This document shows positions 53,754 through 63,514 of a DNA stretch of 64,000 nt, one piece after another; the stretch's first letter is position 1, and each line of letters starts with the position of its first letter. Source of the DNA: Candidatus Bathyarchaeota archaeon (GTDB lineage Archaea > Thermoproteota > Bathyarchaeia > Bathyarchaeales > Bathycorpusculaceae). Made by a program: the position numbers and the translations under genes. The DNA lies in NCBI GenBank assembly GCA_963717465.1, contig OY970340.1:2336001-2400000 (forward strand). Reading direction: 5' to 3'. The notes under the pieces were generated by a model. That model was not told where the DNA came from and did no database searches. It saw only the letters and a list, made by a program, of their open reading frames with translations.

Positions 53754-54899
53754 TTAGAAAAGTTTTCTAATCGAGTCCTCTGAATCAGTTATTTTTACTT
53801 CGCTTATTATCGATTCTCTTTCAGGTTTTTCGTAATGATAGATTTTAACGTCTTCAGGAGATAGCAGTTTCTCGTTAACCAATTTCTTAAGTGCCAAAAC
53901 AATGTGGTCAGAGTGGCATGTCATAAGTATTTGTTTGTCTTCGTTAGCTATTTCTGCAAGTATTCTAGTCATTTTCCTCTGCATCACGGGGTGTAAGTGA
54001 ATTTCTGGTTCTTCAATCATAATCATGGTTCCAGGAGGAGATAAGGTGCCCAAGACAACGGATGGAACAGACTGGTTTACTCCATAACCTGAATTGACCG
54101 CGCTAACCCACATGTCTTTCTCGACCAGGTCGATTACAACGCTTGGTCCACCTAAAACGTATGGACTAACATCTATACCTAAAAGTGCTAGCCTATCCGA
54201 CATTCTCTTCAGACCTTCTCTTTGAGCTGGATATCTTTTAGCTTCATTTATCTTGTAGAGTATTAGGTTTGACAACCATTCTTCAAGTAACGATAAGTCT
54301 CCTGCTCGCTTGGAAACCTCTTCAATCGATGGTGGCCCTGCGAGTAGAGGATAACTATACTTGGTAAAGCCTCTTACTACAGAGAGATAAAGTGCATTAT
54401 TGAACCACTCAATTACTTTGCTTTGAAGACCTATAACCCGCTTAAAGTACACTGCGTCTGTTGATTTGTATTGGCCACCGCCATATCCTGATCCTGCTTG
54501 AGACAAGAAAACTCTGTGATACGGTTCAACTGCTCCGGGTGCACCACTGTCCCAGAACCAAGCTTTTTCTTTCCCTACTAAAAAGTCTTCGATGATGCGT
54601 TTCTCCATCACTTTCACATCGTAGGTGACATCGTTTCCGTCAATCTTGAAGTTTAGACTGATCCGGATTGGTAGCCTGGTGTCATGGAGGTGAACCATTT
54701 CTCGATAATCGCCAAGCCTCAGCAGATAGTCATTATAGATTATTTCTCTTCGCAATATGCTCTGCTTCATTAAGACTAGAGCTTGAGAAACAGAGGTTTT
54801 TCCAGCAGAATTTAAACCCGTTATTATATTGAATTTTGACAATTTTAAAGTGGCATTTTTTAATGCTTTAAAGTTTTCAATATGTACTTCATCTAGCAA
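53754..54899 (-). CDS. AAA_21/AAA_15 ABC-class ATPase
   Basis: IENFKA, GLNSAGKT, SGYG.NQ, IEEPEIHLHP, TCHS; TTG start after AGGTG. Confidence 0.88.
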   Translation of the reverse strand: MLDEVHIENFKALKNATLKLSKFNIITGLNSAGKTSVSQALVLMKQSILRREIIYNDYLLRLGDYREMVHLHDTRLPIRISLNFKIDGNDVTYDVKVMEKRIIEDFLVGKEKAWFWDSGAPGAVEPYHRVFLSQAGSGYGGGQYKSTDAVYFKRVIGLQSKVIEWFNNALYLSVVRGFTKYSYPLLAGPPSIEEVSKRAGDLSLLEEWLSNLILYKINEAKRYPAQREGLKRMSDRLALLGIDVSPYVLGGPSVVIDLVEKDMWVSAVNSGYGVNQSVPSVVLGTLSPPGTMIMIEEPEIHLHPVMQRKMTRILAEIANEDKQILMTCHSDHIVLALKKLVNEKLLSPEDVKIYHYEKPERESIISEVKITDSEDSIRKLF

Positions 54900-55088
54900 G
54901 ATGCAACACCTGAGTGACCAAAAAATTAGTCTTGATGACTTAAAAGTGTTGCTATAATTAATAGAAATCTTTCTTGTTTGCATCATTCATAAAATTAAAT
55001 TAAAAAAATTAATAATCTAAATTAAAAATATTTATATGATTTGAAATTTTGGCTTTGAAAATTTGGCCTGAGAAATTAACTATTCAGT

Positions 55089-55880
55089 TCATTCTTGAAT
55101 TGAAGAAGCCATATTCTCGAAGAGTTTTTTCCATCCTGCAGACTTAACTGGTAAATGATTTAGGCGATCTATTCGAATTTTAATCGCATCTTTTTCTGGA
55201 CAATAATTAAGGCAAGCACCGCAGTATACGCACGTTTTTTTGTTAACGCTAACTTTTCCCTTCGTGTTAATGTATAAGGCTTCAACTGGGCAAGATTTTA
55301 AACATTTTTTGCAGCCCTTAGGGCATTTTTTAGAATCAAGGTTAATCGTGCCTTGAATAATTTTTTTTACCTTGATCACGCCGTTGCATAATTTGCAGCC
55401 TGGACAGCCTGTTTCGCATCTTGTGCAACAAGGGCAAAGCTCTGTTTGAATTATGGGGTAATACACATTTATTTCCAGAATTTTTAGTGGGCACCATTTG
55501 CCGTGTCGAGGACACACTGCTGCATTCTTAAGGTTAAGTTTAATGGATCGTGCAATTTGAGGAAAACTTCCAGTTTCAACAACTGGCACAACGTGTTTTT
55601 CATCTACGTAATGCTTTATCGCGTTAAATATGCATAAATTCTCGCACAATCCACAATAATTACATTTTTCCACGTCAATATCAATTACGTTTTCTTTGGA
55701 ATTTGTGCCATCTGGATCAATCTTGGGAAGTTTTATAGCATCTTTTGGACATACCCAATAGCAAAGGCGACAGTTTTTGCATAATTCTCTGTTTAAAACG
55801 AGCTTGTATTTTCTATTGTAGATTTTGCGTTCAATCGAGAGTTCTTTAGCTGAATTTTGTTTAGTTAGTTTAGATTGCAT
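55089..55880 (-). CDS. Polyferredoxin (FwdF-like)
   Basis: Multiple CxxCxxCxxxCP motifs. Confidence 0.88.
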   Translation of the reverse strand: MQSKLTKQNSAKELSIERKIYNRKYKLVLNRELCKNCRLCYWVCPKDAIKLPKIDPDGTNSKENVIDIDVEKCNYCGLCENLCIFNAIKHYVDEKHVVPVVETGSFPQIARSIKLNLKNAAVCPRHGKWCPLKILEINVYYPIIQTELCPCCTRCETGCPGCKLCNGVIKVKKIIQGTINLDSKKCPKGCKKCLKSCPVEALYINTKGKVSVNKKTCVYCGACLNYCPEKDAIKIRIDRLNHLPVKSAGWKKLFENMASSIQE

Positions 55881-56000
55881 TTCCCAGTATTCACTCGTAG
55901 CGCTATGAAGTATCGTTAATCACTTTTCATATCTCCCAATTAAAAGTTCGCTATAAAAATGAAAATATGTATGTTGAAATTAATGAGAAGAAGGGGGGTT

Positions 56001-56334
56001 TTATGCAGCTTTAGTATACTGAGTTACCGACGTATTTTCTTTTGTTTGGGCTTTAATGTAGTATGTTTTTCCACTCACCCACTCAAAAGTAATGATTCCC
56101 GTTGCTTTCTCATTCGGCGCAATAACTGCAGGACTCCACACTATGGGAATTTCACTATCGCTGAATTGACTTGATTCACGGAAAAGCGCCACAGGCAGCA
56201 AATTACCGGCTAACTTCTCCTGTATTCTTTACCTCTATCTTGAACTGCTTAGGTGAACCAGCAACAGCTTCCAATTTTTCAACCACAAGCGTGGGCTCAA
56301 TTTTTTTCACTGCTTTGACAGGCCTAAAACACAA
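56001..56334 (-). pseudogene. Small Ig-like beta-sandwich protein with one frameshift
   Basis: GGAGGTGA-TTG start, ...IEVKNTGEV, shift near 56210, then VIAPNEKATGIITFEWVSGKTYYIKAQT. Confidence 0.55.
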
Positions 56335-56641
56335 AACAGATCACCTCCAACTCCTCCTGAAACCTCCATGTTACCCATTACCCATACTAACTCTAAATAT
56401 TAATGTTACTCTCAAGCAGAAGATTTTGCATTTAAAACTTCCAAAATATTTAACCTGTGGAAAAGATAATAATAACTTGCCTAAATAAGATGATTAATAC
56501 ACAAATTGATAAACTTATTATTTTATCAAACCATCAAGTTAGGAATATCTGCAACTTTTCCAGTCTCAGTAAAGTTTATAGTAGTTTTTCTGCATATAAT
56601 TAGTGTTGTTTTTAAAATACAAATTCGGAGGTGATAATTTT

Positions 56642-57058
56642 TTGCCTGATGTTGTTGATACAGCCGTCTCAGTTGGTAATTTTAACACTCTTGTAACAGC
56701 AATAAAAACAGCTGGACTAGAAGAAACTCTAAAAAGCCCAGGACCATTCACCGTTTTTGCCCCGCTCGATGACGCATTCGCGAAATTGCCTAAAGGTGAA
56801 GTTGTTGAATTGCTCAAGGATAAGCCAAAATTAAAGTCAATTTTAACTTACCATGTGGTTCAAGGAAAATTTATGGCTGAAGACATGCCGAAAGTTAAGA
56901 AACTAAAGACAGTTCAGGGAGAAGATGTGAAAATTGACTCAGCAAAATGGCATGGACACAAAAACTTCAAGGTAAACGATGCAGATGTAATAAAAACCGA
57001 CATAATTGTTGACAACGGTGTATGCCACGCAATCAACAAAGTCCTTATGCCTAAATGA
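56642..57058 (+). CDS. Fasciclin (FAS1) domain protein
   Basis: [40 protein letters not shown]. Confidence 0.93.
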   Translation: MPDVVDTAVSVGNFNTLVTAIKTAGLEETLKSPGPFTVFAPLDDAFAKLPKGEVVELLKDKPKLKSILTYHVVQGKFMAEDMPKVKKLKTVQGEDVKIDSAKWHGHKNFKVNDADVIKTDIIVDNGVCHAINKVLMPK

Positions 57059-57092
57059 TTTAACTACGTTAGAAAAATCGTTTTAGCTTTCT

Positions 57093-57509
57093 TCAATAAT
57101 CTCCAATTTTATTTTTCAAACTTTCCAAATAGCCAGGCAGACTTTCTATACATTGTACATCCCTGCCAACCAAGAATGAAAGAGCATGCCAATACTCTAA
57201 ATTAGGTTTTATTTTCGTTCTTTCCAGACCTTGCCTTAGCTTCTCAGTTCCCTGAAAACCGCGGCGATCAAAATCCAACAAGAGAATGACTTCAGGAACT
57301 CCTGCTTTTTCAAGCATTAAAAGAACATCAGAAAAAGATTTACCGCCTGTTTTAATGGTGATAATTCTTCCTTCAATGCCTAAAACCCTTAGAGCATTTT
57401 CATCTTTCTTGCCTTCCACGAGTATAATCATGCTTTGCGAAGAATTAGCCCGTAAGGACTCGATTATTTGAAGGATTTTTTCTTGTTTTTCTTTGAGGCG
57501 GTTTAACAA
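57093..57509 (-). CDS. Small TOPRIM domain protein
   Basis: VEGKKD and LLDFDRRG motifs. Confidence 0.9.
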   Translation of the reverse strand: MLNRLKEKQEKILQIIESLRANSSQSMIILVEGKKDENALRVLGIEGRIITIKTGGKSFSDVLLMLEKAGVPEVILLLDFDRRGFQGTEKLRQGLERTKIKPNLEYWHALSFLVGRDVQCIESLPGYLESLKNKIGDY

Positions 57510-57514
57510 AGTTC

Positions 57515-58627
57515 TTACCTTGTAATCTTTGCTTTTCGCACTGCTTCTAAACAGTCTTTGGCTTCATTGTTTGTTTGGAAGTATCGTCTAACGGGCTCCA
57601 AGATTTCAGCAAGTTGAGTAGCAACACCATTCTTCAAGTCCATCGGATGCAGTTTACCATTCAAGTACGCAGATTCCAGATCTGTAAAACTTTCAAAATC
57701 TACGTTTCCTCCGAATTTAGATGGACGTTCGATGGTGAAAACTGATTTCTCCCTAAAGATGATGTGCTTACAAATGTCCATGATAGGATTGTACTCGACA
57801 GTTTTTTCTGGGCAGAAAGCTTTGGAGAGTTTTTGTTTAATTTCTTCTGGTGAATCGTAAATGAAGATGCATGATTCAGGTTTACTTTTGGACATTTTGG
57901 CTGATGCGATGACTTCTTTTTCTTGACCTTCAGGGATGGGCCAAACTTTAGGTTTTTCTAAACCTTGTAGAAGATGGTGATGAACGCAAACGGGCTTCCA
58001 GAAACCAATTTTTTCTCCGATTTCGCGGGCAACCATGTTTGCTTTTCGTTGATCTAACCCTAGCTGGCAGATTTTTACTTTCAAATGAAAAATGTCTGCA
58101 ACTTGCATGGGCGTGTATAAGTAATCTGAAACGTAATGAGCTTCGCCTTCTTTTCTTCCAGCGATTTCAAGTGTGCGTGTGGTTCGGGCTAAAGTTATGT
58201 TTTTCGCCACAGTAACGGTCTTAGCCCAATAAGCAATATCATCATAGAGCTCATCAGAATAAATGAACTCAACTTTATCAGCTGGAACGCCAAGAGCCAG
58301 CCATGAGTGCCTGAAAAGGTCAGCTGCCTTGCGAATAAGCGCCAAATCTCCGCCTAGCTTGTTGTTTAGCCATGCGTGCCAAGTGGCAAGGAAAGCTTTG
58401 AAGTGAACGCCTGCTTCTGCGAAGTCTTTCATTTTGTAAGCACAAATAACTCCCGTACCCAAATGTGCTAACCCAGAAGGTTCCCAACCGTTATAAGCAA
58501 CTGGGTGCTCCTCAGTTTCCAGAAGGGAACGTAAGTCTTCTGGCGTCACGACTTCGTCAGTTGGCGGTCTGCAAATGAGTTCAATTTTCTTGTCTAAATC
58601 CAACGTAAACTCAACTCTATTCTCCAT
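57515..58627 (-). CDS. tyrS: Tyrosine--tRNA ligase (archaeal)
   Basis: YNGWEPSG.AHLG, YTPMQVADI, GLDQRK, KMSKS, LHPMDLK. Confidence 0.96.
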   Translation of the reverse strand: MENRVEFTLDLDKKIELICRPPTDEVVTPEDLRSLLETEEHPVAYNGWEPSGLAHLGTGVICAYKMKDFAEAGVHFKAFLATWHAWLNNKLGGDLALIRKAADLFRHSWLALGVPADKVEFIYSDELYDDIAYWAKTVTVAKNITLARTTRTLEIAGRKEGEAHYVSDYLYTPMQVADIFHLKVKICQLGLDQRKANMVAREIGEKIGFWKPVCVHHHLLQGLEKPKVWPIPEGQEKEVIASAKMSKSKPESCIFIYDSPEEIKQKLSKAFCPEKTVEYNPIMDICKHIIFREKSVFTIERPSKFGGNVDFESFTDLESAYLNGKLHPMDLKNGVATQLAEILEPVRRYFQTNNEAKDCLEAVRKAKITR

Positions 58628-58655
58628 AGCTTATTATAATTATGAATTTAAGAAT

Positions 58656-59048
58656 TTACGTGGAATGGAGCCAAGTTGTTCTAATTTCTTGAATCTGGCT
58701 AAAATGTGGGTCATCTGAAATGCAAATTGCTCCCAGCATTAACGCTGTAGCAGCTATCATACTGTCACCCATTGAGAGATTGTACTTATGCCTTAATTCA
58801 GCAGAGATTTGGGCAACCTGTTCGTCTACTGATAATACATGGAAATCTTTCATGATTAATGCTACTCTAAGTTTAGCTGTTTCTTTTCCTTCTCGGGCAA
58901 GGCAAATTTGGAATAATTCGTGAATGGATATCGCTGAAATGTATTTTTCTCGGTATCTTTTTTCCTCTAATATTTTCGGATAAATTTTTTTATCTTTAGA
59001 ATAGAAAAGCTCGACAAAGAATCTGGTGTCGTATACCTTTCTATTCAT
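58656..59048 (-). CDS. vapC: VapC PIN-domain toxin
   Basis: YDT, SAISIHE, DSMIAATA, SDD.HF. Confidence 0.9.
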   Translation of the reverse strand: MNRKVYDTRFFVELFYSKDKKIYPKILEEKRYREKYISAISIHELFQICLAREGKETAKLRVALIMKDFHVLSVDEQVAQISAELRHKYNLSMGDSMIAATALMLGAICISDDPHFSQIQEIRTTWLHST

Positions 59049-59271
59049 CTTCTTCCCTTAGTTTATCAAGCAACTTCTTCATTTCTTCTGGAGTTGCGTA
59101 CTTTGAGCCTGAACCGATCATATCCCAAATTGACATTTTGGGCTTGAGCAATATGCCTTCATTTGTATCAATTACTTCAAGCCTTGTTCCTTCTTCAATT
59201 TTGTATTTTTTGCGAAGGTTTACAGGAATAGTTGTCTGACCCTTTCTTGTTACTACAACTTCATTTTCCAA
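59041..59271 (-). CDS. AbrB/MazE-family antitoxin
   Basis: VTRKGQTTIP..LRKKY.I.EG; overlaps vapC. Confidence 0.9.
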   Translation of the reverse strand: MENEVVVTRKGQTTIPVNLRKKYKIEEGTRLEVIDTNEGILLKPKMSIWDMIGSGSKYATPEEMKKLLDKLREEDE

Positions 59272-59346
59272 CTTTAATGCACTACTACTTTACAGTGTTC
59301 TTACATTTTTAAACATTATCAAAAAAGATTTCATGAATTGTTCATT

Positions 59347-59550
59347 CGCGGGCTGTTTGTCTCCCACGTAACCTAACACTTAACCGCATAGCTGAGCGTC
59401 GCTTTAAGCTTGGCTAAGCTCTCTCGGCGTGGGATTTTTGCCCGGTCCCATCTGTCCCATGTTTGGGTGAACTCGCCATCACCGCAACGCAAGTTTTGTA
59501 GGTCTTGCAGCTTCCGTTGAGTCCGTCGGCATGGATGTATTGATGGGATA
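59347..59550 (-). ncRNA. Structured double-hairpin ncRNA, H/ACA-guide-like
   Basis: GC-rich intergenic segment with nested stems containing G-U pairs on the minus strand, ACA just 3' of each lower stem, an upstream TATA-like CTTAAA and a downstream T6. Confidence 0.55.
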
Positions 59551-59612
59551 TGAGATTAGAAGAATTCTTGCAAGTTTAAGTATTGCTGTGTCTGTGTCTC
59601 AAGCAGACTGTG

Positions 59613-60611
59613 TTATTTGATTATATTTTTTGGTTTTCCTTGGATGAATGATTGAATGTTTTCGATGGTTGTGTTAACTAGTCGCTCCATTGATTCCTTG
59701 CTGTTGAATGCGCAATGCGGCGTGATGATGACGTTGTTTAGCCTTAGAAGTATGTGAGTTCTAAGCATGGTGGCTAAGCGTTCGCGTGGTACATTGTCTA
59801 GTAATAGTTGTGCTTCTTCGCGGATAAGTGATTCTTCTTCAAGAACATCTAAGCCGGCGCCAGCGATGTCGCCGTTTTTTAAGGCTTCTGTTAAGGCTTC
59901 GGTATCGATGAGCCCGCCGCGTGCAGTGTTTATTACTATTGCGGTTTTTTTCATGGTTCTAATGGTATTCTTATTGAGGAAATGGTAAGTTTCATCATTC
60001 AGAGGCAAGTGAAGCGTAACCACGTCGGAATTGCTCAGCAAATCTTTTGAATCAGTATATTTGAAGCCCAGTGAATCAGCAAGCTTAATGTTAGCATATT
60101 TATCGTAAGCTAAAACATTCATTTTGAAGCCTTTGGCAATTTCTATCACTTTTGTTCCAATCCTGCCTGTTCCAAGAACTCCTATGACTTTGCCGTTCAA
60201 ATCAAAGCCGTTTATGCCGCCGCAAGTGAAATTGCCAAGACGAGTTTGTTGATCAAAAGAGTGGATTCCGCGGGAAAGGGAAAGAATCAAAGCAAAAGTG
60301 TGCTCAGCGACCGTGTTTTCACCGTAAAGCGGGACATAACAAACTGTAATGCCCTTGTTTTTACATTCTTGGATGTCAATGTGGTCAAAACCTGTTGAGC
60401 GAGTTGCAATCAGCCTGGTCTTGGATAGTCTACTTATTAATTCCTTGTTTAAGTTTGAGTAAATGAATACTGAGATTATGCTGTAATCTGCTACTTGGTC
60501 GACATTTGCTTCATTTAAAGACTCCGTAAACAATCGAACTTGATGTCCTTCGAATGCAGACTTAAGGAAAGGCTCCTCCCAGTCTTGAACCTCAAAAAAA
60601 GCAATATTCAC
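59613..60611 (-). CDS. D-isomer-specific 2-hydroxyacid dehydrogenase (D-LDH-like)
   Basis: TRSTGFDHID, VAEH, GTGRIG, INTARG, LDV.E.E, TPH.AF. Confidence 0.93.
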   Translation of the reverse strand: MNIAFFEVQDWEEPFLKSAFEGHQVRLFTESLNEANVDQVADYSIISVFIYSNLNKELISRLSKTRLIATRSTGFDHIDIQECKNKGITVCYVPLYGENTVAEHTFALILSLSRGIHSFDQQTRLGNFTCGGINGFDLNGKVIGVLGTGRIGTKVIEIAKGFKMNVLAYDKYANIKLADSLGFKYTDSKDLLSNSDVVTLHLPLNDETYHFLNKNTIRTMKKTAIVINTARGGLIDTEALTEALKNGDIAGAGLDVLEEESLIREEAQLLLDNVPRERLATMLRTHILLRLNNVIITPHCAFNSKESMERLVNTTIENIQSFIQGKPKNIIK

Positions 60612-60747
60612 AAAAACCACTATAAAATAGATAGAATAAACAACACAATTAAAGGTTAGGTTAACCGCAAGCTGTTCAAAGCTGCCCATTAGTAAGCATA
60701 GCATGACTAGAGAAAAGAGGATTTAGAAACTGTTCAGGAACTAGAAG

Positions 60748-61106
60748 TTAGAAGTATCTGTTGACGTAGATGATTGATGTGAATCCGCATGTTGGGCAGT
60801 TGATTTTGAACTTGTTGTAGTCGTTTTTTATAAAGGCAGGGTATCCCTCGAGGTTTCTCACAGTTATAATGTAGTCTAGGTTGGGCTCGCTCGTTAGGCT
60901 TTGAATGTTTCTGAGGTTCTTAGTGAACTCGGCTTTGCATTGTGGACAATCTATTGTTACGGCGTCCCCGCAGAACGATTTAAGATAGTTTCCCTGAAAG
61001 GCGATTTTTGCCCCTGTGCAAGCTGAATTTTTTACAAGAAACTCCTGGCTTTGCCATGATTGCCACGACTGCCAGGGTTAAAAATGACTCCGTCGATTAC
61101 AAACAT
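60748..61106 (-). pseudogene. Zinc-ribbon protein (two CPxC) with a 1-nt deletion
   Basis: MFVIDGVIFN joins PWQSWQS...CPQC...CPTCGF* if one C is added at 61075-61077. Confidence 0.65.
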
Positions 61107-61194
61107 TTGATGTTTTAATAAAAAATCCGCTAAAACCCGCTGAAGAACCCCTTAGAAACTTCAAAAACTACAGTGTCGAATACCATTAGGCAAG

Positions 61195-61268
61195 GGCCGA
61201 GGCAGGGATTTGAACCCTGGCAAAAGGCTCCACAGGCCTCTAGGCTACCAAGCTACCTCACCTCGGCC
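61195..61268 (-). tRNA. tRNA-His(GUG) with genomically encoded G-1, no intron, CCA not encoded
   Basis: Acceptor GCCGAGG/CCUCGGC, discriminator C, anticodon loop CUGUGGA (61231-61233), T-loop UUCAAAU. Confidence 0.95.
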
Positions 61269-61347
61269 ACTTTTCCATGCCAAACAATGTCTTCGGCCGC
61301 TTTTCACTAACTTCAGCTTAAGCTTCTTAAGTTTCATAGCATCGCCT

Positions 61348-62667
61348 TTATTTTCTTTTACGGAAGATTTTTCCTCCATCATTGTACTCTCCTGTAATAT
61401 ATTCGAATCCTACCTCGATTAGTTTGCATGCGTCTTCAGCGGTAAATGCCAAGCGTGTTATGAATTGGTCATTCGGCAAGGTTTTAAAGAGGTTCTTTTC
61501 CAGTTGAACGTACAGCCTGGTGTTTTCTATGTTCTTATGGCCAAGGAATTCAGCAACAAGAAGGATATCCGGTGTGTAATGATAGAGCATTGTTCCTTTC
61601 CAATACCTAAAAGTATGCATGTGAATTTCTTTAAGGCGTGGATTCCCAAGTCTGAAAGCTAATTTATTTCTAGTCCTGCAGAGTTGATTCTTCAGCACAT
61701 TCAATGTCATTTTGCCAAATACTAGCTCACTATCTCGCGGCAAATTGCTAAGCATGTTAAGCAGTTTTCCGCTCAGATCGCTAAAGATTCTCGCGTTACT
61801 TCCTTTCTCGGGACAATTGCACATTATAACTCTTCTTTCTAAGTCGACGTCTTTCCAAGGAAGAGCAATAACTTCGCCTCTTCGCATTGCAGTTTCTTTA
61901 AGCAGTTGCAGGAAAGTGGCCAGTATATTCGGTGATCCAGCAATTAGATCGTCTATTTCTTGCTCGGTTGGAATAAATGGGTTTTTGCGGATAATCTCAT
62001 ATATCGGTGCGTCCCAAGATAGCCCAATGAACTTTAAGAAGTCAGTGTAAGCATTGATCACGTTTCTTTTTCGGCTGCCACTCCAAATTTTACCATTGAA
62101 AGCCGTTTCTATGTTGGACTGTTTTGCTATGACTTCTTTCACTGTTTCAGGATCTGCCAGGTTAGCGCCTCTAGAGATCAGCGTTCTTAAAACTGAGCTG
62201 CTTAAGCGTATGGTCGAGTCCTTGTAGCCTTGAAGCTTCATTTTAACTTCAAATTTTAATAGCATGCCTTTGACGTCTTTTTCATCACTCGCAACAGTCT
62301 TAAATTCTGCTGCGGTAGCCAAATTTTTCGTTGTCTCCTTTTTCTCCTCAACATCAACGCATATTTGGCGATTGCTTCTTTGCCCTGCAAACCTTAAATA
62401 ATTTTCCGAGAACCTACGCCCGCAATCAGTACATTTTAGAATACTTGTTTGTTTACCATCACCAAGCTTTCTTGAGCCATTATGCACTGTTCTGATACTG
62501 CCACATTCAGGACACTTTAAATCGGCTGTAACCTGAAGGTTTCGGGTAGGCTGAAGTTCATTTGGGAGCGCCTTAGCGTCGACTTGGAGGCGGCCAGAAT
62601 CAACGCTACTGCCAGAGCCTAAGAAGTGGTTAGCAAGCGCTTTTCCCTGAGCTTCAACCTCAACCAA
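61348..62667 (-). CDS. Tyrosine recombinase/integrase with an N-terminal Zn ribbon
   Basis: CPECGS...CTDCGRRF; catalytic R (AMRRGE), K (EKG), HTFR, LGH, Y (TRLY). Confidence 0.93.
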   Translation of the reverse strand: MVEVEAQGKALANHFLGSGSSVDSGRLQVDAKALPNELQPTRNLQVTADLKCPECGSIRTVHNGSRKLGDGKQTSILKCTDCGRRFSENYLRFAGQRSNRQICVDVEEKKETTKNLATAAEFKTVASDEKDVKGMLLKFEVKMKLQGYKDSTIRLSSSVLRTLISRGANLADPETVKEVIAKQSNIETAFNGKIWSGSRKRNVINAYTDFLKFIGLSWDAPIYEIIRKNPFIPTEQEIDDLIAGSPNILATFLQLLKETAMRRGEVIALPWKDVDLERRVIMCNCPEKGSNARIFSDLSGKLLNMLSNLPRDSELVFGKMTLNVLKNQLCRTRNKLAFRLGNPRLKEIHMHTFRYWKGTMLYHYTPDILLVAEFLGHKNIENTRLYVQLEKNLFKTLPNDQFITRLAFTAEDACKLIEVGFEYITGEYNDGGKIFRKRK

Positions 62668-62668
62668 A

Positions 62669-62875
62669 CTAACAAGAGCCTCCAGTACTGCTTAATGAAA
62701 AATCCTGTAACGCAACACTAAAATCAGGTATAGAATTTGCGACATTTTGCGGCAAATAAGGATTCTCAACAACCGCTGGAACTTGTAACGCAAACCTTAA
62801 TTCGTTAAGAAATTTTGCACTTTTTTGCACCAAAAGGGGCATTCTGCAAATTAGGTTATCGTTACAGTTCTGCAT
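62669..62875 (-). CDS. Element hypothetical protein
   Basis: Overlaps the upstream ORF and abuts the integrase start. Confidence 0.45.
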   Translation of the reverse strand: MQNCNDNLICRMPLLVQKSAKFLNELRFALQVPAVVENPYLPQNVANSIPDFSVALQDFSLSSTGGSC

Positions 62876-63113
62876 TCAGCCCCAGCTCCTTAAATTCTGC
62901 TGCCTTTTCAGCCCATTCTAGCCATTTTTTTGTTTTTCCTTTTCCGTTACAAATTCTTTCAGTGGCAAGGTGGTCTTTTCTGGACAAAACTGGACAAAAT
63001 CCGACAAAATCCAACACTGTTATTGCGTTACATGCAAAATTTGCTAATCTCGCATACCCCCGTTTTCCCTCAAAATACCACAAATTCTTAGGCTTACCGT
63101 TACAGCATTGCAT
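62862..63113 (-). CDS. Element hypothetical protein
   Basis: Coupled overlapping ORF with a GAGGA SD. Confidence 0.55.
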   Translation of the reverse strand: MQCCNGKPKNLWYFEGKRGYARLANFACNAITVLDFVGFCPVLSRKDHLATERICNGKGKTKKWLEWAEKAAEFKELGLNAEL

Positions 63114-63513
63114 CGCGGCTTTCCTCCTCTGTGATGTTATGTGAGGTTTCCTGTTTCTCCTCTAATTCACTGTTTGATAGGTCAGGTAATGCAATTGGAA
63201 TCTGGTCCTCTAATGGCTCTGCTACTGGTTGCAGTTGGCGCCACATAGCATTTTCAACCGAGCCTATAGGCGGCCTTACAGTTTGGCGAGCTCGGAAGAA
63301 ATAAACCCGGTGTTTCGAAGAGCAGAATTTAGCGCGGCGAGTACGAGCTGGAAAATTAGTATGACAGAAAAGGCATGTTGCCATTAACGCATCCTTGTGT
63401 TTTGTGACGTTTTGTAACAATTCAGTCTGCAGAATCTCTTTTTGCGTTACATCGCTTGTCGAGGTTAGTTCATTTGAACTTACCCTTCCAGTTGAGACGC
63501 TGGGTGTAGTCAT
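63100..63513 (-). CDS. Element Zn-finger DNA-binding-like protein
   Basis: CLFC..F.....AKFCS..HR....R motif typical of mobile-element proteins. Confidence 0.65.
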   Translation of the reverse strand: MTTPSVSTGRVSSNELTSTSDVTQKEILQTELLQNVTKHKDALMATCLFCHTNFPARTRRAKFCSSKHRVYFFRARQTVRPPIGSVENAMWRQLQPVAEPLEDQIPIALPDLSNSELEEKQETSHNITEEESRDAML

Positions 63514-63514
63514 T

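Noticed and set aside
59466..59483. Fluoride-riboswitch-like GGUGAUGGCGAGUUCACC
   Set aside because: Wrong spacing, no downstream GCURAUGAC pseudoknot partner, and no fluoride-related gene.
59347..59550. SRP RNA, RNase P RNA or tRNA-Sec
   Set aside because: No SRP helix-8 motif, no RNase P conserved regions, and no UCA anticodon or T arm.
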